From assembly GCA_000708835.1 (NCBI GenBank), contig DF237065.1:124001-188000 (forward strand): a DNA stretch of 64,000 nucleotides, given 5' to 3'. Origin of the DNA: Klebsormidium nitens (lineage: Eukaryota; Plantae; Klebsormidiophyceae). Both the position numbers and the translations under genes were made by a program. This document shows, piece by piece, positions 12,131 to 23,529 of this stretch. Numbering within the stretch: the stretch's first letter is position 1; each line of letters opens with the position of its first letter. The notes under the pieces were generated by a model. It saw only the letters and a list, made by a program, of their open reading frames with translations. It had not been told where the DNA came from and did not search any database.

Positions 12131-15100
12131 TCAGAGGTGCCTCTGTAACTGGCGAATGGATAGCGCAGCAAGTACTTTGAAAAGAAGAGAGCGGAATTTG
12201 GGGTGAAAAGACAATCTATCCCCTTGGGAGCCGACCCAAAAGGAGGCCAACTAAGAGGCCGATACGAGACGCTGAAAGCGGCTAGCTTCGAACATGAAAG
12301 TTATGCTGGATTGCGTGAAGTAAGCGGGAATAATGTCTGACCTTGTGTTCGAGGCGCACCTCCAGGTGGGCGCGCGTCCTCAAGCGCTTTCAGCAGCTCT
12401 TCCCCAAACGCAAAGCAAGACAGCACTAGAAAAGCGGAACGTTAAACCATGCGCTCTAGCACGAAGAAAAAACTAGAGAGGGGACATCCTGACCTTTGTG
12501 CTCGAGGCGCACCTCCAGGTGGGCGCTCCGTTGTCGCTCCTCCTCAAACGCCAAGCAGAAAGCGGCGCTCTTTGAGAACCAGGGAGGTAAAGAACTAGAG
12601 AGGGGAGAGTCTGACCTTGTGCTCGAGGCGCACCTCCAGGTGTGCGTTCCGTTGCCGCTCCTCTTCGAGCGCTTTGAGCGCCGCCTGGCGCTGCACCTCC
12701 ACCGCCGAAAGCTCCTTCACCAGCGCCTCAATACTCGCCTGCAGCTGCACGTCAAGGGGATGACGTCAGAGAGGATGGCGTGCGGGGATGACGTCAGTAA
12801 GGGGTTTGCATCCTGTTCTTGCTGCCCGTAAGTGCCATAGGAGAGACTTGTGGAATCTAGCTGCCATTAACCAGCCTTCTTAAACAGCGCCTCGATGCTC
12901 GTTTGAAGTTGCACACAGAGATGACGTCAGCAAGGGCTACCAAGCCTCAGAAAGGGCTGCCAGCCACGAGGAGCCAAGCATCCCAAGATACGCAAGGTGC
13001 AACGCCAATTTTGATACTCATCCATCGAAGTTTCATCAAATTCTCGTCAGTTCAAATGGATTCAAGATGCTCCTATATTTTGTTGATGCTGACTGAACTG
13101 CTGTTCTGATAGTTCAAAGTTGTTCAATCGAACAACAGTGTTCGAGAACCATACTACCAATAGAGACAACTGCTTATGCCAATGGAAACAGACAGCTTCG
13201 ATCATCTCCTTATCCTCCTCGAACCGCCTCAGGGAAAATCGAAAGAACCAGAGGAGAACCTTCGGAAGCGAAAGGGGGAAACAAATACTCATTCACAAAC
13301 TATGCCTTAGGAGCATCAACCTGTCACAAAGCCCAGGCCCTTGGAACGTAAAAGGTAATAGTCCTTGTGTAAAGACGACAAAAGCGGCCAGGCAAGCGTT
13401 TTAAACCCCGCAACCAAGTGCTTTGCTTTTCACCTGGGCTATCTCTTCTTCGTACGACACCTCTTCGTCCTTTCGCCGAGTCTCCAGGACGCTGTTGTAA
13501 CGGTTCGGTTCTCCTGCTCTCCCATCCGACTCTAAGCGCCCGCTCACGGAGGCAGCTTCACTTCCTAGCCGTTGATCTTCCAGTTCGCTTGACTCTGGCC
13601 GTTCGTCTTCCCACCCCTCGCTCCACAAGCGCTCAAAGCGAGCAAAGCTTGCATAAAGCGAGCGGCCCACTTTCTCTAAAAGCCCCCCCGACGATTCCCC
13701 ACCGTCCGCTCGCCTCTCTTCTTGACCGTTCGCTTCGCTCTCCGCACCCTTCACCAGGTCAACGCCCCGGTTAACGAAGTAACCCGCTTCCGCCTCCGGC
13801 CTGCCCCACCGGCCTTGGTAGCTTAATCCGTTTCTTTCAAACCCTTGGCTCGCGCCCACATAGGCCCCCTCTAACTTCTCCTCCAAACCCTCGTCTGCCT
13901 CCCTTAACCCGGCTCTTAACCGCAGAACGGTGGCCACAGCCCCCGCCAAAACCAGCGCTAGCCCCAGCACAACCCCCGCCCTCCCTACAGGCGACTGCGG
14001 CAGCTTAACCGGAACCACAGCCGTGACGGTTTGGCCGACCCGTCTCACTAACCCGTGGGTTGGGGGCGCCCGCGTCACAAGTGCTTCTTGAGCTGCCGCG
14101 TGGCGCTGGACGACGTCAGCAAACGTTTCTTGCGACATTGGGCCCCAGTAACCGGTTCCGGGGAGGCCCTGAGCGCGCTGCCATTCGCGGACCGCCACAA
14201 ATGTTGCCTTTCCAAAGTACCTGCAAAAATTGAAAACGGTCTGTTCATGTATGTGTGTCCCAGAAGAAGAGAAGAAATAAACCCAACCGGTTATTCTTTG
14301 CCTGTCAAGAAAGGGCAATGTAGAAATTGAGGAGATTGTTGTATCAAAAGTATGGCCGAGTGACGGACTCATGACAGCGTATGACATGGGCAGTATGCAC
14401 AAGAGCTCGAAAAGTGTTCTGCAGAAAGGAAAACAAACCCTGGTGTACAAACCCTGTGGTTAGAAGCGCGGCCGAATGTGCATGATAGGAATCAACTCAA
14501 CGTGCCGATTACCTGGCACAGCATTCAGATCATACCGGACAGATCACGATATATGAATTGCAAGTACAGTACCTATCAGAATACAAAGCAGGATTGTGAG
14601 GGTGTCAATGAGCATATGCCATGCTGCTGTTTTGCAACCCGTGAGTGGCAAAAACTGGTGAAAAGACACGAGAACTAAGAACAAGAAACAACCAAGCACT
14701 ACAATAAAGCTAGCAGTTTGGGAATGGAACTAAAGCAACGCCGCTTGTAGCCTGGCTATTCCACTGCACTGCACTACTCGTGCATTACATGCACAAGTCC
14801 ACACTTCACACACTATATTGAAGAACCCACAAGCTTGAGTCTGATACAAAGGTTAAAGAATGTGGCATGGTGGCTAAAGAATGGTGGCTAAAGAATATGG
14901 GCATCGCACACAGCATGTTTTCAAGCCCATCTGGTTTCAGTGGCACAGAGAAGGACGGAGTTGAAAGCAAACGGTAGCAGAAGGGCGATAGCAACGAAGA
15001 GGACAAACTAGCAGAGGTGGACTAGGGGAAATCAGCACCCCCCTGTGAGTTGGCTGTATGCGGGCATCTGCGCAACTGTGGGCATTGCGCAATGTCCGCA

Positions 15101-15973
15101 ATTGCGCAGGTTGCAACTTTCAACCTGATTGTAATGGCACCAAACCTAGCCACCATGAAACGCAGATAAATAGACAGGGAACAACGAAGAAAAGTTGCTC
15201 CAGACATGTAAAGGACGTGAGAGCACCCACCCCAATGATCTGGCTGTCGTGGGGGATATGCCTAACCGTGGGCATTGGTCAATATTGCAACTTTCAAGCG
15301 CACCTGATTGTAAAGGCATCAAAAGAAAGCCAACAGATAAAAGGGCAACGGAAAGGCTAATGGATAATGATAGCACCTACCCTGTGATTTGGCTGTCTTT
15401 CGGCATATGCCCGAACGTGTGCATTGCGCGCTGGAGCGCCTCGACGTCCGCGCCATAGTCCCCCTCCTTCAGGTCCCTCACAAACTCCAGCCATTGTAGC
15501 TCGTACACTGAGAATGGAAGCACTTTGGACAGCTTGCCCAAGTTTCTCGCGTCTGGCGGCCCTGGAAACTGGTCGCTGTTAGAGTCGGTTTCGGGGGCCC
15601 GCCGTCGGCCCCAACGAGCTGTGACGTTTAAACGTTTCGGAATTCTGGTTTCAGAAGGTGGGGATGTGTTGAAGAATGGTGAGAATGCAGGGGCAGGAAG
15701 CCAAGGGGAGCGCAATGCAGAGCATTCGAGGAGGCGTGGGCTATGCAGAGATGGTCTCGTTAAGGCTGTTCTCAATCTGGAACTCGACGATAAAGCCCGC
15801 CCACTTGCGGACCCCAACGAACAGTAAGCACCTGAACGATTGCGCCGCAAAAAGTGGGCTGTGTACTGAGGACTATCCCCTATGGAGGCTCCAGTGTCCC
15901 GCGCCTTTGAAGACAGTTTCATTTTCTCAAAGGAGCAGCTAGCCATGGGCGTCCCTACGGCACCTGCCATCAC
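12131..15973 (-). CDS. Plastid-targeted protein: transit peptide + peptidoglycan-binding (PG_binding_1-like) domain + single TM helix + acidic linker + coiled coil (~508 aa)
   Basis: Exons 15973-15381, 14220-13434 and 12744-12616, with a tentative last exon 12148-12131 (LQRHL*). The spliced domain LKEGDYGADVEALQRAMHTFGHMPKDSQITGYFGKATFVAVREWQRAQGLPGTGYWGPMSQETF matches the PG-binding consensus. The N-terminus is Ser/Arg/Ala-rich. TM: GVVLGLALVLAGAVATVL. Coiled coil: LQASIEALVKELSAVEVQRQAALKALEEERQRNAHLEVRLEHK. The 3' end is uncertain. Confidence 0.78.
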
Positions 15974-16970
15974 TTTGCCCCTTTATCCAAAGCCCCCAGC
16001 GCTATTGTATAGCCTAATGAACCTGACTAAGTGTCCTGAGGCAATGCAGCTTTGTTTCCTGATGATGCGTCAATTACTGCGGCAGAAGAAAAGGTGGTAC
16101 CATCCTTTCGGGCAGAAGAAGGCCTGCAGGCTGAGCGCACTTGCTCGTGTTTGTGGCGCACCTCCATCAGAAAGCAAACGCGAGCAAGCTTCTGCACCAT
16201 CGTCTGGCAAATGCTCGCAAGACTTTGAACACCTGAACGCCCTCAGGCTCACGAAGTGTGTTGTCTACAAAGCAGCCTGACACTGACAGTACCGTCAACC
16301 TTGCGCCGTTGGATGGAACATCGGGAAATCCTATTGGACGGTCAGGGTCTAAGTATAACCGCTAGGCTGGCTTTATGACTGCCAACTTCCAAGGCCCAAG
16401 TTCAACTCGGGCTAAAGCACGCTGCAATGACATGGTCACTTCTTTTTATACCCAGTAGTTACGCCATGATGAGGTAGTCAGGTAGCATGTCATGTTAGTC
16501 ATGTTGCTTTGTTGTTAGTAACTGCTTGGTAACTAGAGCTATAGAAACATTTTTTGATGAAGCCCGAACTCCGAAATTGCTTGTTTCTGCGCCATGGGCC
16601 CAGGTGCCTAAGCGTTGACATCGTCCGCGATAAAGTCGTGCATGCAGGCGGACTTTGTTAAGAGTGGTTACAACAGTATCTGTAGTGATAAGGAGATCGG
16701 CTTCAATTTGTTTTATGCATGATGGTCGCGCACGGGCGGCTCCAAATAGTGCTATAGGTTTGGCATGTATGTTGACAACCAACATGGCTGGGCTGCGCAA
16801 TAGAATCCAGAAATCGTCATCATCATTTTAGAGGAAAGGGGGATTGCACAGTCTGCCTTTGACGCAACATTGTAGATGATTCGCATATCATACGCTGAGA
16901 CCAGTCCTACATGGATGACTCGTGCACGCATGTATAGCGGCTGAGCAGGCAACTAGACACAACGCCACTC

Positions 16971-19900
16971 TCAATCCGCATGCGCATTTTTCACGGCCTC
17001 ATACACGAGATCCACAAACCGGTCATCCTGCACTAGCTGTGCGAGCGCCTCCCTTATCCTATCCCTCGTGATGGAAACGCCCTCAGGCACGTGCGCTCCC
17101 CCCCCAAGTGGAGTTAGCGTCGGCGGGGGCGCCGGAGGGGGGAATGGCTGCAGCAATGGCGAGCCGTGGGGCAAGTGCCCGGGCTTTTGCCGAGCAGCCG
17201 CTGGAGGAAAGCTTTCTACTTCTTGAGAATAAGAGGGGGGGTAATTTTGGCCCGAGGAGGGGAGGGGGGGCGGGACGAAGAAGGCCGGTTTGGCTAACTG
17301 GGGTTTTGTGGGGTGGAAAAGCCCGGGAAGAGGGGCCTGATTGGAAGGGGGGGGGAGGAAGGAGTTGGGGCCTGGGAGGGGGGGAGCGGGGGGGGCGGAG
17401 GGGCCTGTGGAAGACTCGCCTTGGCTCAACTGGATGGCGGTCTGCAAGATGCAGAAAAAGTTTTACTTTTCCAGAAAGCATCCACAGCTCGTCAACACGA
17501 ATCTTAGATTCGGCACACCGATGTGGGCTGGACGAAACTCGACTTCGGGAGCCATCGTTGGCAATGTGAACCCAGCTTGCTTAGACGTGGTTCAGTGAAA
17601 GCCGAAGCGGAGGCGGTGTCGAGCATCCAGGAAGGTCACACTATGTTCGCATGTCAGCATGCTGTTTTCTGGAATTCAAAATCACTGAAACCCTGAGACG
17701 TGATGCCTCCCAAGATTAGCGGACGGAGCATGATTTCGAGAACACGAGGCGGTCAGCACCCTTATTCGCGCATCTCTCACTCAGAATCACCCCAGACAAT
17801 CAGCAGCCAAACTTTCCAGGAGACACTTCTTTCCGCTGCGCGACCCGTCGAATCGTTCGCAGGACTTGCCAGCACCGCTTTCCTTCCTCAGGCACCCACC
17901 AAACGAGAAAGACAAGAGGACCATATGAAAAGACATCCTCATAAGAAGAACGCACCGATCAAGGACGAAGTGTGCGCTCCAATCCAGGGGCAATGACTTA
18001 CGTTGAAGAAGCGCTGCAAAAGATCGGCCGCGGGCTCTTCGGGCGATGAGATGGCCTCGTCGGACGGCCCCTCGAGCGGCTCCGCCACGACCGCGGCCGC
18101 GGTTTCGCCCGTCGGCTCTAGTTCTTGGTATGCCGGGCTGCAGGCACAAGGAAAGATGACTTTTCGGAAAGTTGAAAAATCACGGAAAGAAAAGGAACGA
18201 CAATAGAGAAAGATCAGTTGATTAGTTTTTGAAGGCTCGTCGGCTCTAGTTCCTAATATGCCGGGCTGCGAAGGAACAAATTCGACTCGTTCAAACAATC
18301 GTACTTGAAAACATTGTTCAAATAGGAGAAGAAGTGGTGAAGTAACTTGCTCGGTGCCGCCGCAACCGAGAATGTCTCGAGTCTTGTGTGGAAACGGCGT
18401 TGTCCAGAACCTTACGGCAATGATGAATGTCGGTGGTTAGAGGAAGACTTAGCAACAAACGAGCCGTCACCAGTCCGCCATTCACGAACTGTAATCAAAG
18501 AAAGTTGCCAGATTCGTGTATTTTCAAAAGCATCCTACGAAAGGTTGGGAACCCTGCCTGACCCTCTTCCGGGAAACGATAGCCCCGTATCGGCGAGTTC
18601 TTTCCTAGGAGACAAACGTTGTTTATGCTGTTGGTAAGCGCTTTCGAAGTCGCTAAATTTATCTCGATGAAACATAGCGATCCGACAACAGAGACGTCTG
18701 CCTTCGTGCGGGAGAGCCCCCGCTTCTTTGACCGACCATAGATTCCGTTGCCCGTATTACTGAGCCAAAAGTCTCATATGGAAGGACCTTTTCGCGCGTT
18801 CTTTAAAACACTTAGCAATCATACATACTCAATATCACAGAGGCTTTGTATACTGGCGTTCCCCCTTCCCCCCCGCGCCCGAAAGGTCCGATAGCGGCAC
18901 ACTCTCCTCGAGCAGAAGACGTTCCGGCTGGCAAAGAAGCCTGATCGCGCGCGTTTATGACAAGCGGGCCTTGAAACTTACATTACAGGGGCGAAGGCCT
19001 TCGGCTTAGGGGGCGTCTTGTTGAAAGCGGAGATTATCCTGCACCAAAAAACGATGAGGCTGTCATGAGGAAGTCGCGCTTTCCGGTCAGTTTTTGTCCA
19101 TTTTTGCCAGAGGCAACTAGCTCAAAAAGAGGGCGTGGGCGTCGTACAATAGGAAACGATGCGTACGTAGGTCGCCTCATGGGGCACTCGTCAATCCAGT
19201 CGATTGGGGCATTGCTTGAGCGCGAGTTAGTCGGCTGGATCGAAATACGCATGACACGAAGAGTCAAGATCGAACCACAAATTTTTCCATGTCCACGGAA
19301 TAGGGAAACTAGCGCAGCACCTGACAAGTAACCGGTCCTTGTTAAACGCCTAAGCGGTTCACTCTCGAAGAGCTTGGTGCGAATGGCTGGGCAAAACAGA
19401 ACCGCGTCTTAGGAAAGACTTCGAAATGCAACCTCGGCATGGAAACTGGCGCAGGATTATGGTCGTGCTTGTCCGCGAGCTCCTCGTTCAGTACCCAATA
19501 AATGCCATATCATGGATGGCTCACTGGAAAAAGAGGTTCCTTTGCCCTACAGTTTAGAGCACAATCTCCTTGCGATTCGACAGGTCGTCACGTGCCCTCC
19601 CCTGACTCGAGTTGCACACGTCCATCTCTCGTTTGCTTCCTCGACTGGTTCCTAGACTTTCGGATTGGTGTGCGCTTTGCTTTGAACACAAAAGGTGAGA
19701 ATGAGACCACTGCGACGCAGCCTCACCTGGTTATCAGCTTGGCGGCGTCCTCGCACTCGCGAGGGTGTAGAACCAGACTTTCCAAACGTCCGAAACAGCG
19801 TGTGCAGTCTGCTTCAAAGTAAGGAAGCGCAGAGATAAAGAAGCGTGACAAGCAGCCTCACCTGGTTATGAGCTTGGCGGCGTCTTCGCACTCGCGGGGG

Positions 19901-22900
19901 TTGTAGAACCAGATGCCGTTGACCTCCTGGACGGCATTGCGGTACAGCAGGTACGGCGTCTGCACCTCGAACTCGAAGTCGCCCAGCAGATCCTCCACTA
20001 GGTTTTCTGTAAGGTATTAGAAGTGGGAGTATGTGGGCTTTCTGGATTTTATTTGGCTTACAGCAGTATGGTAGAACCCGTGTGACAGAGCAGGTCAAGT
20101 GTTTTCACCTCGAACTCGAAGTCGCCCAGCAGATCCTCCATCAGGTTTTCTGTAAGGGAAGGGAATTTCGAGTATGTGGGCTTTCTGGGTTTCTAAGGCT
20201 TACGGTTTGGATCATGGTAGACCTTGATAGAGCCGTTTGATAGAGCACGTCAACCGTTCGCACCTCGAACTCAAAATCGCCCAGTAGATCCTCTACCAGA
20301 TTCTCTGCAGAGGTTCTAACGGCTTGGAGTTTTTGAGCTTTCTGGATTGTTGAAACGAGTCAGCAATGTTTCGAATATGATCAACTTTGAAGACCCCTTG
20401 GCGACTGAAGGTTTCGTCTGTGACAACTTTACGAAGTATCGCCACCTCAGGATTCGCACATGGTAGAGCAGGTCGAACAATTGCATCAACAATGGGAATT
20501 TGCTAAGCAGGAGCTTTATCAGGGTCGCTGCAAGGCCTAAAAAATCTGAGTCACTTGGCTTCGTGGAGGTGTAAAGTATACTCGTTCTTGTTGATGTCCT
20601 CGTTCTTGTTGTGTATTCACTTGCCTTGCCCGAACATTTTTATTGTTTTTCAACTTACGTATCTGGCGACGAAAGTGTCGAAATAAGACGCTTGTATCGT
20701 GAATAAACTTGGGGACACTACGCACACGAGGTCAGCTGTTTGCACGGCACAGAGAAGCAGCAATGACAAGAGCAACTAAAGATTGAACACTCTTGACAGG
20801 GTTGACTCTAAGGAAGATCCGCTCTTCCAGCCTAAAACCGTGAAGCAAGAGGTCAAATGCACGATTCCGGACTCCGCTCCAACCAGCCGCTGAGATAAGG
20901 TATACAAAAGTGGGGGTTGAATGCGATAGTGTCTCTCGTTCCCAATCCGCAAGTCCTGCCGTCGTCTACCCCCACTGACACCAAGTCGAGTGCATTATGA
21001 TGCATGCCCGATCCCTGCAATGTTAGCACATACCAAAGGATTGGTAAAGTCCTCCTCTGGCCAGTGCATCTGCAAATCCTCCCTGCCAACAGAAACAGAT
21101 CACTGAACCTTACTGCTAGCGGAAGTCCTTGAGACACAGAAAGCTAGTTCGCACTTACCGGTGCTCCTCCTGTTCATCACGATGAACTGGAAACGGGGCT
21201 GCGTCCGCCTGCGAGAGAGTGGAGATTGCGGCTTTTTAACACTGTTTATTCTCCTAGCAGTACAATTAAATAAGTCTGAGCAGTCGAATTGGAGGTCGTG
21301 CGAGTCTGGGGTTCAGTGTATCCTTTGTTCAAAGGTGTTACAAATTTCTTCTTACTATGCAATCTCGTCGGAACAGGACGCAATTTCCTTTGCTAACCAG
21401 TGGCCCTATCAGTACTTTTATGGTGGCCCTATCGGTACTTTCATGGTGGCCCTAACGGGACTTGCTATGGATCATGACCCAGTATCTACACCAACGAGGC
21501 TGCTCAAAAATAATCAAAAGCCCGCTTCAGGGTGAGCAAGTGGTGGTGATTGAGAATCGGACAAATAACAGCCTGCCGTCAGAACTAACTTTCAGCATCT
21601 ATGCTTGTTTTCCTCACCCTCTCTGTTTTTCTTTCAGCTCATTATGCTTCAAACTATTCCCCTCCGGACAAGTCTTACCTTTTGACCACAAACAAAGACC
21701 CCTCAACGTCCTTCCGACTCTGCAGAAAGCACGTTGCAAGCGGTTAGCTTGTTGTGAAAACTGAGGCAAAATTGCTCCACCCTTTGACCTGCATAATTAA
21801 GACTTTGATTTCCAAGGGTCAATCTCAGACCCTACTGCCAATCACGACCTATCCAATCTACCGGCCTGCTTATCGCTTGAAGGCCTGCATGGTCGATCGT
21901 GATGGACGCGTTGAAGACCAAGATCAGATTGAGCGATTCAGGAACACTTTTGACTGCAGAGCCTCTTGTAACGCATGTGGCCCATCAAAATTGTACACCT
22001 CCGCAAGGTTCAACCTACATTGATAGCCAAATCTGGTATAGGAGGTGCCCCTGACAATCTCTCAGCTCTCTCTTTTCTTTAATGCACAAGTCACACGCCA
22101 CAGGAACACACTTGATCTTGGGGGGACCGAAACTGAACTCCAGCCAAGAAGCGGAGGCATGTGGAACTGCATATCATCTAGAAACAGCTCTTTTAAGGCA
22201 AGCTACCAAACACTTGTCAGGACCAAACTATTCACTAAGTACTTAGATGCACAAGGTCTGCAATCTACACCATACTCTATAGATGTACTGGCCCAAATGT
22301 GGGGGATGCTTATGAGCAAGAGCGGACAGTCACAAGTCTTCAGCAGCAGCTTGCTGAATGCATCAGTGTCTGCAGATGGACCGGCCCAGACATGGGAGAT
22401 GCTCATGAGCAAAAGCGGACGGTCCAAAGTCTTCAGCAGAAGCTTGCTTAAATGCATTAGTGTCTGGCATCATGGAGAAAAGGTTCTGGACGCAGTAGTG
22501 GTGGTACAATGAACAGTTGACTCAAAGACCCACTGTAAGATAGACCGCCACTCAAGCCTTGTTGTCCTCATGACAAAGCAATTGGAAGGACTAACACTAG
22601 CTTTTTAACACTTCCACCGCCATTGCAAATACTATGCTCGTTTCTTGATCACATGGTACTCTGGACGAGGCTTCACAAGGTAGGCCCTTTGGAACGCCAC
22701 AGATACAAGCATCCAAACTTGCAGCTTGCTCGACGGAAGAGCAGGGAAGGATGCTAGTCAGAAAATAGTCATCGAGAAATACCCCACACTCACCCACTGC
22801 TTCTCATCGACGTCAAACTCGTACAGCGTCACATGCCCCGCCGTCGCCAGGATGTCCTCCACGTTGGCATCCATCCGCTGCAAGACCGCCAGGTTCAGCT

Positions 22901-22952
22901 CCTTGGCTGACTCCTGATCGATCTGCGGCTGCGGGGTGCGGCTCTGCGCCAT
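16971..22952 (-). CDS. DCP1: mRNA decapping complex subunit DCP1 (~333 aa)
   Basis: Exons 22952-22794, 21719-21679, 21208-21159, 20006-19862, 18137-18002, 17441-16971 (phase-consistent; one small exon between 19862 and 18137 may be missed). EVH1-type domain: ELNLAVLQRMD..VEDIL.TAGHVTLYEFD..KQWSRKDVEGSLFVVKRRTQPRFQFIVMNRRSTENLVEDLLGDFEFEVQTPYLLYRN..EVNGIWFYN. C-terminal ITRDRIREALAQLVQDDRFVD trimerization-like segment. Confidence 0.95.
22289..22465. repeat. Two-copy ~93-bp diverged tandem repeat in DCP1 intron 1
   Basis: GCCCAAATGTGGGGGATGCTTATGAGCAAGAGCGGACAGTCACAAGTCTTCAGCAG... at 22291 and GCCCAGACATGGGAGATGCTCATGAGCAAAAGCGGACGGTCCAAAGTCTTCAGCAG... at 22384. Confidence 0.8.
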
Positions 22953-23529
22953 GCTTGCACCCGGGCTTTTGGACGCAAGGGGTTCCGGGCGCCTCTCAGG
23001 AAACGCAGCTCTTTGCAAACCTTCCGACAAGCAACGGAACATTTAGCAGACTCCTGTTGTGGCTGCACCCCTGCGATTCTTTGCCTTCACAGACGTCGTT
23101 TCAAGTGCACATCTTCATTCAGAACTTCAGCCTTCAGGAGACTTCAATGATTCTGAAGAGCGACAGATCAACAGAGATCAGATACCGAGTCAAGAGGAGC
23201 CGAATTGACAACGGAGGTGAAGATGGGAAAATATGCAGTCAAATTACATGAACTCTTATGAGCATCCGGAGCAAAAAGACGGCACGCGGTAACCGGCGTT
23301 TTGTATATCCTTTAATTTGTCTTTTGAAATAGAACGGTCAACCGTTACCAAGCCCTTAAAAAATCAAAAGCCTCTGATAAAAACTCCGAATATATCAAAC
23401 AGACTTGTCATGTCTGTACAGCTGGGTTCCGAATCCAGCCATGAAGACTTTCGTGGCCCCACATTCTGAATCCTAGAGCTGCGAAACACTTGAGGAGCGC
23501 TTAGAACTCCCAGACAGCTAGCGACCATC

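Noticed and set aside
17083-17598. Several overlapping Pro/Gly-rich ORFs on both strands
   Set aside because: Shadow frames of the GC-rich, proline-rich last exon of DCP1.
19440-19495. Minus-strand segment VLNEELADKHDHNPAPVSMP that could be a missing DCP1 exon
   Set aside because: No AG acceptor precedes it, and the direct 19862->18137 splice already keeps the frame.
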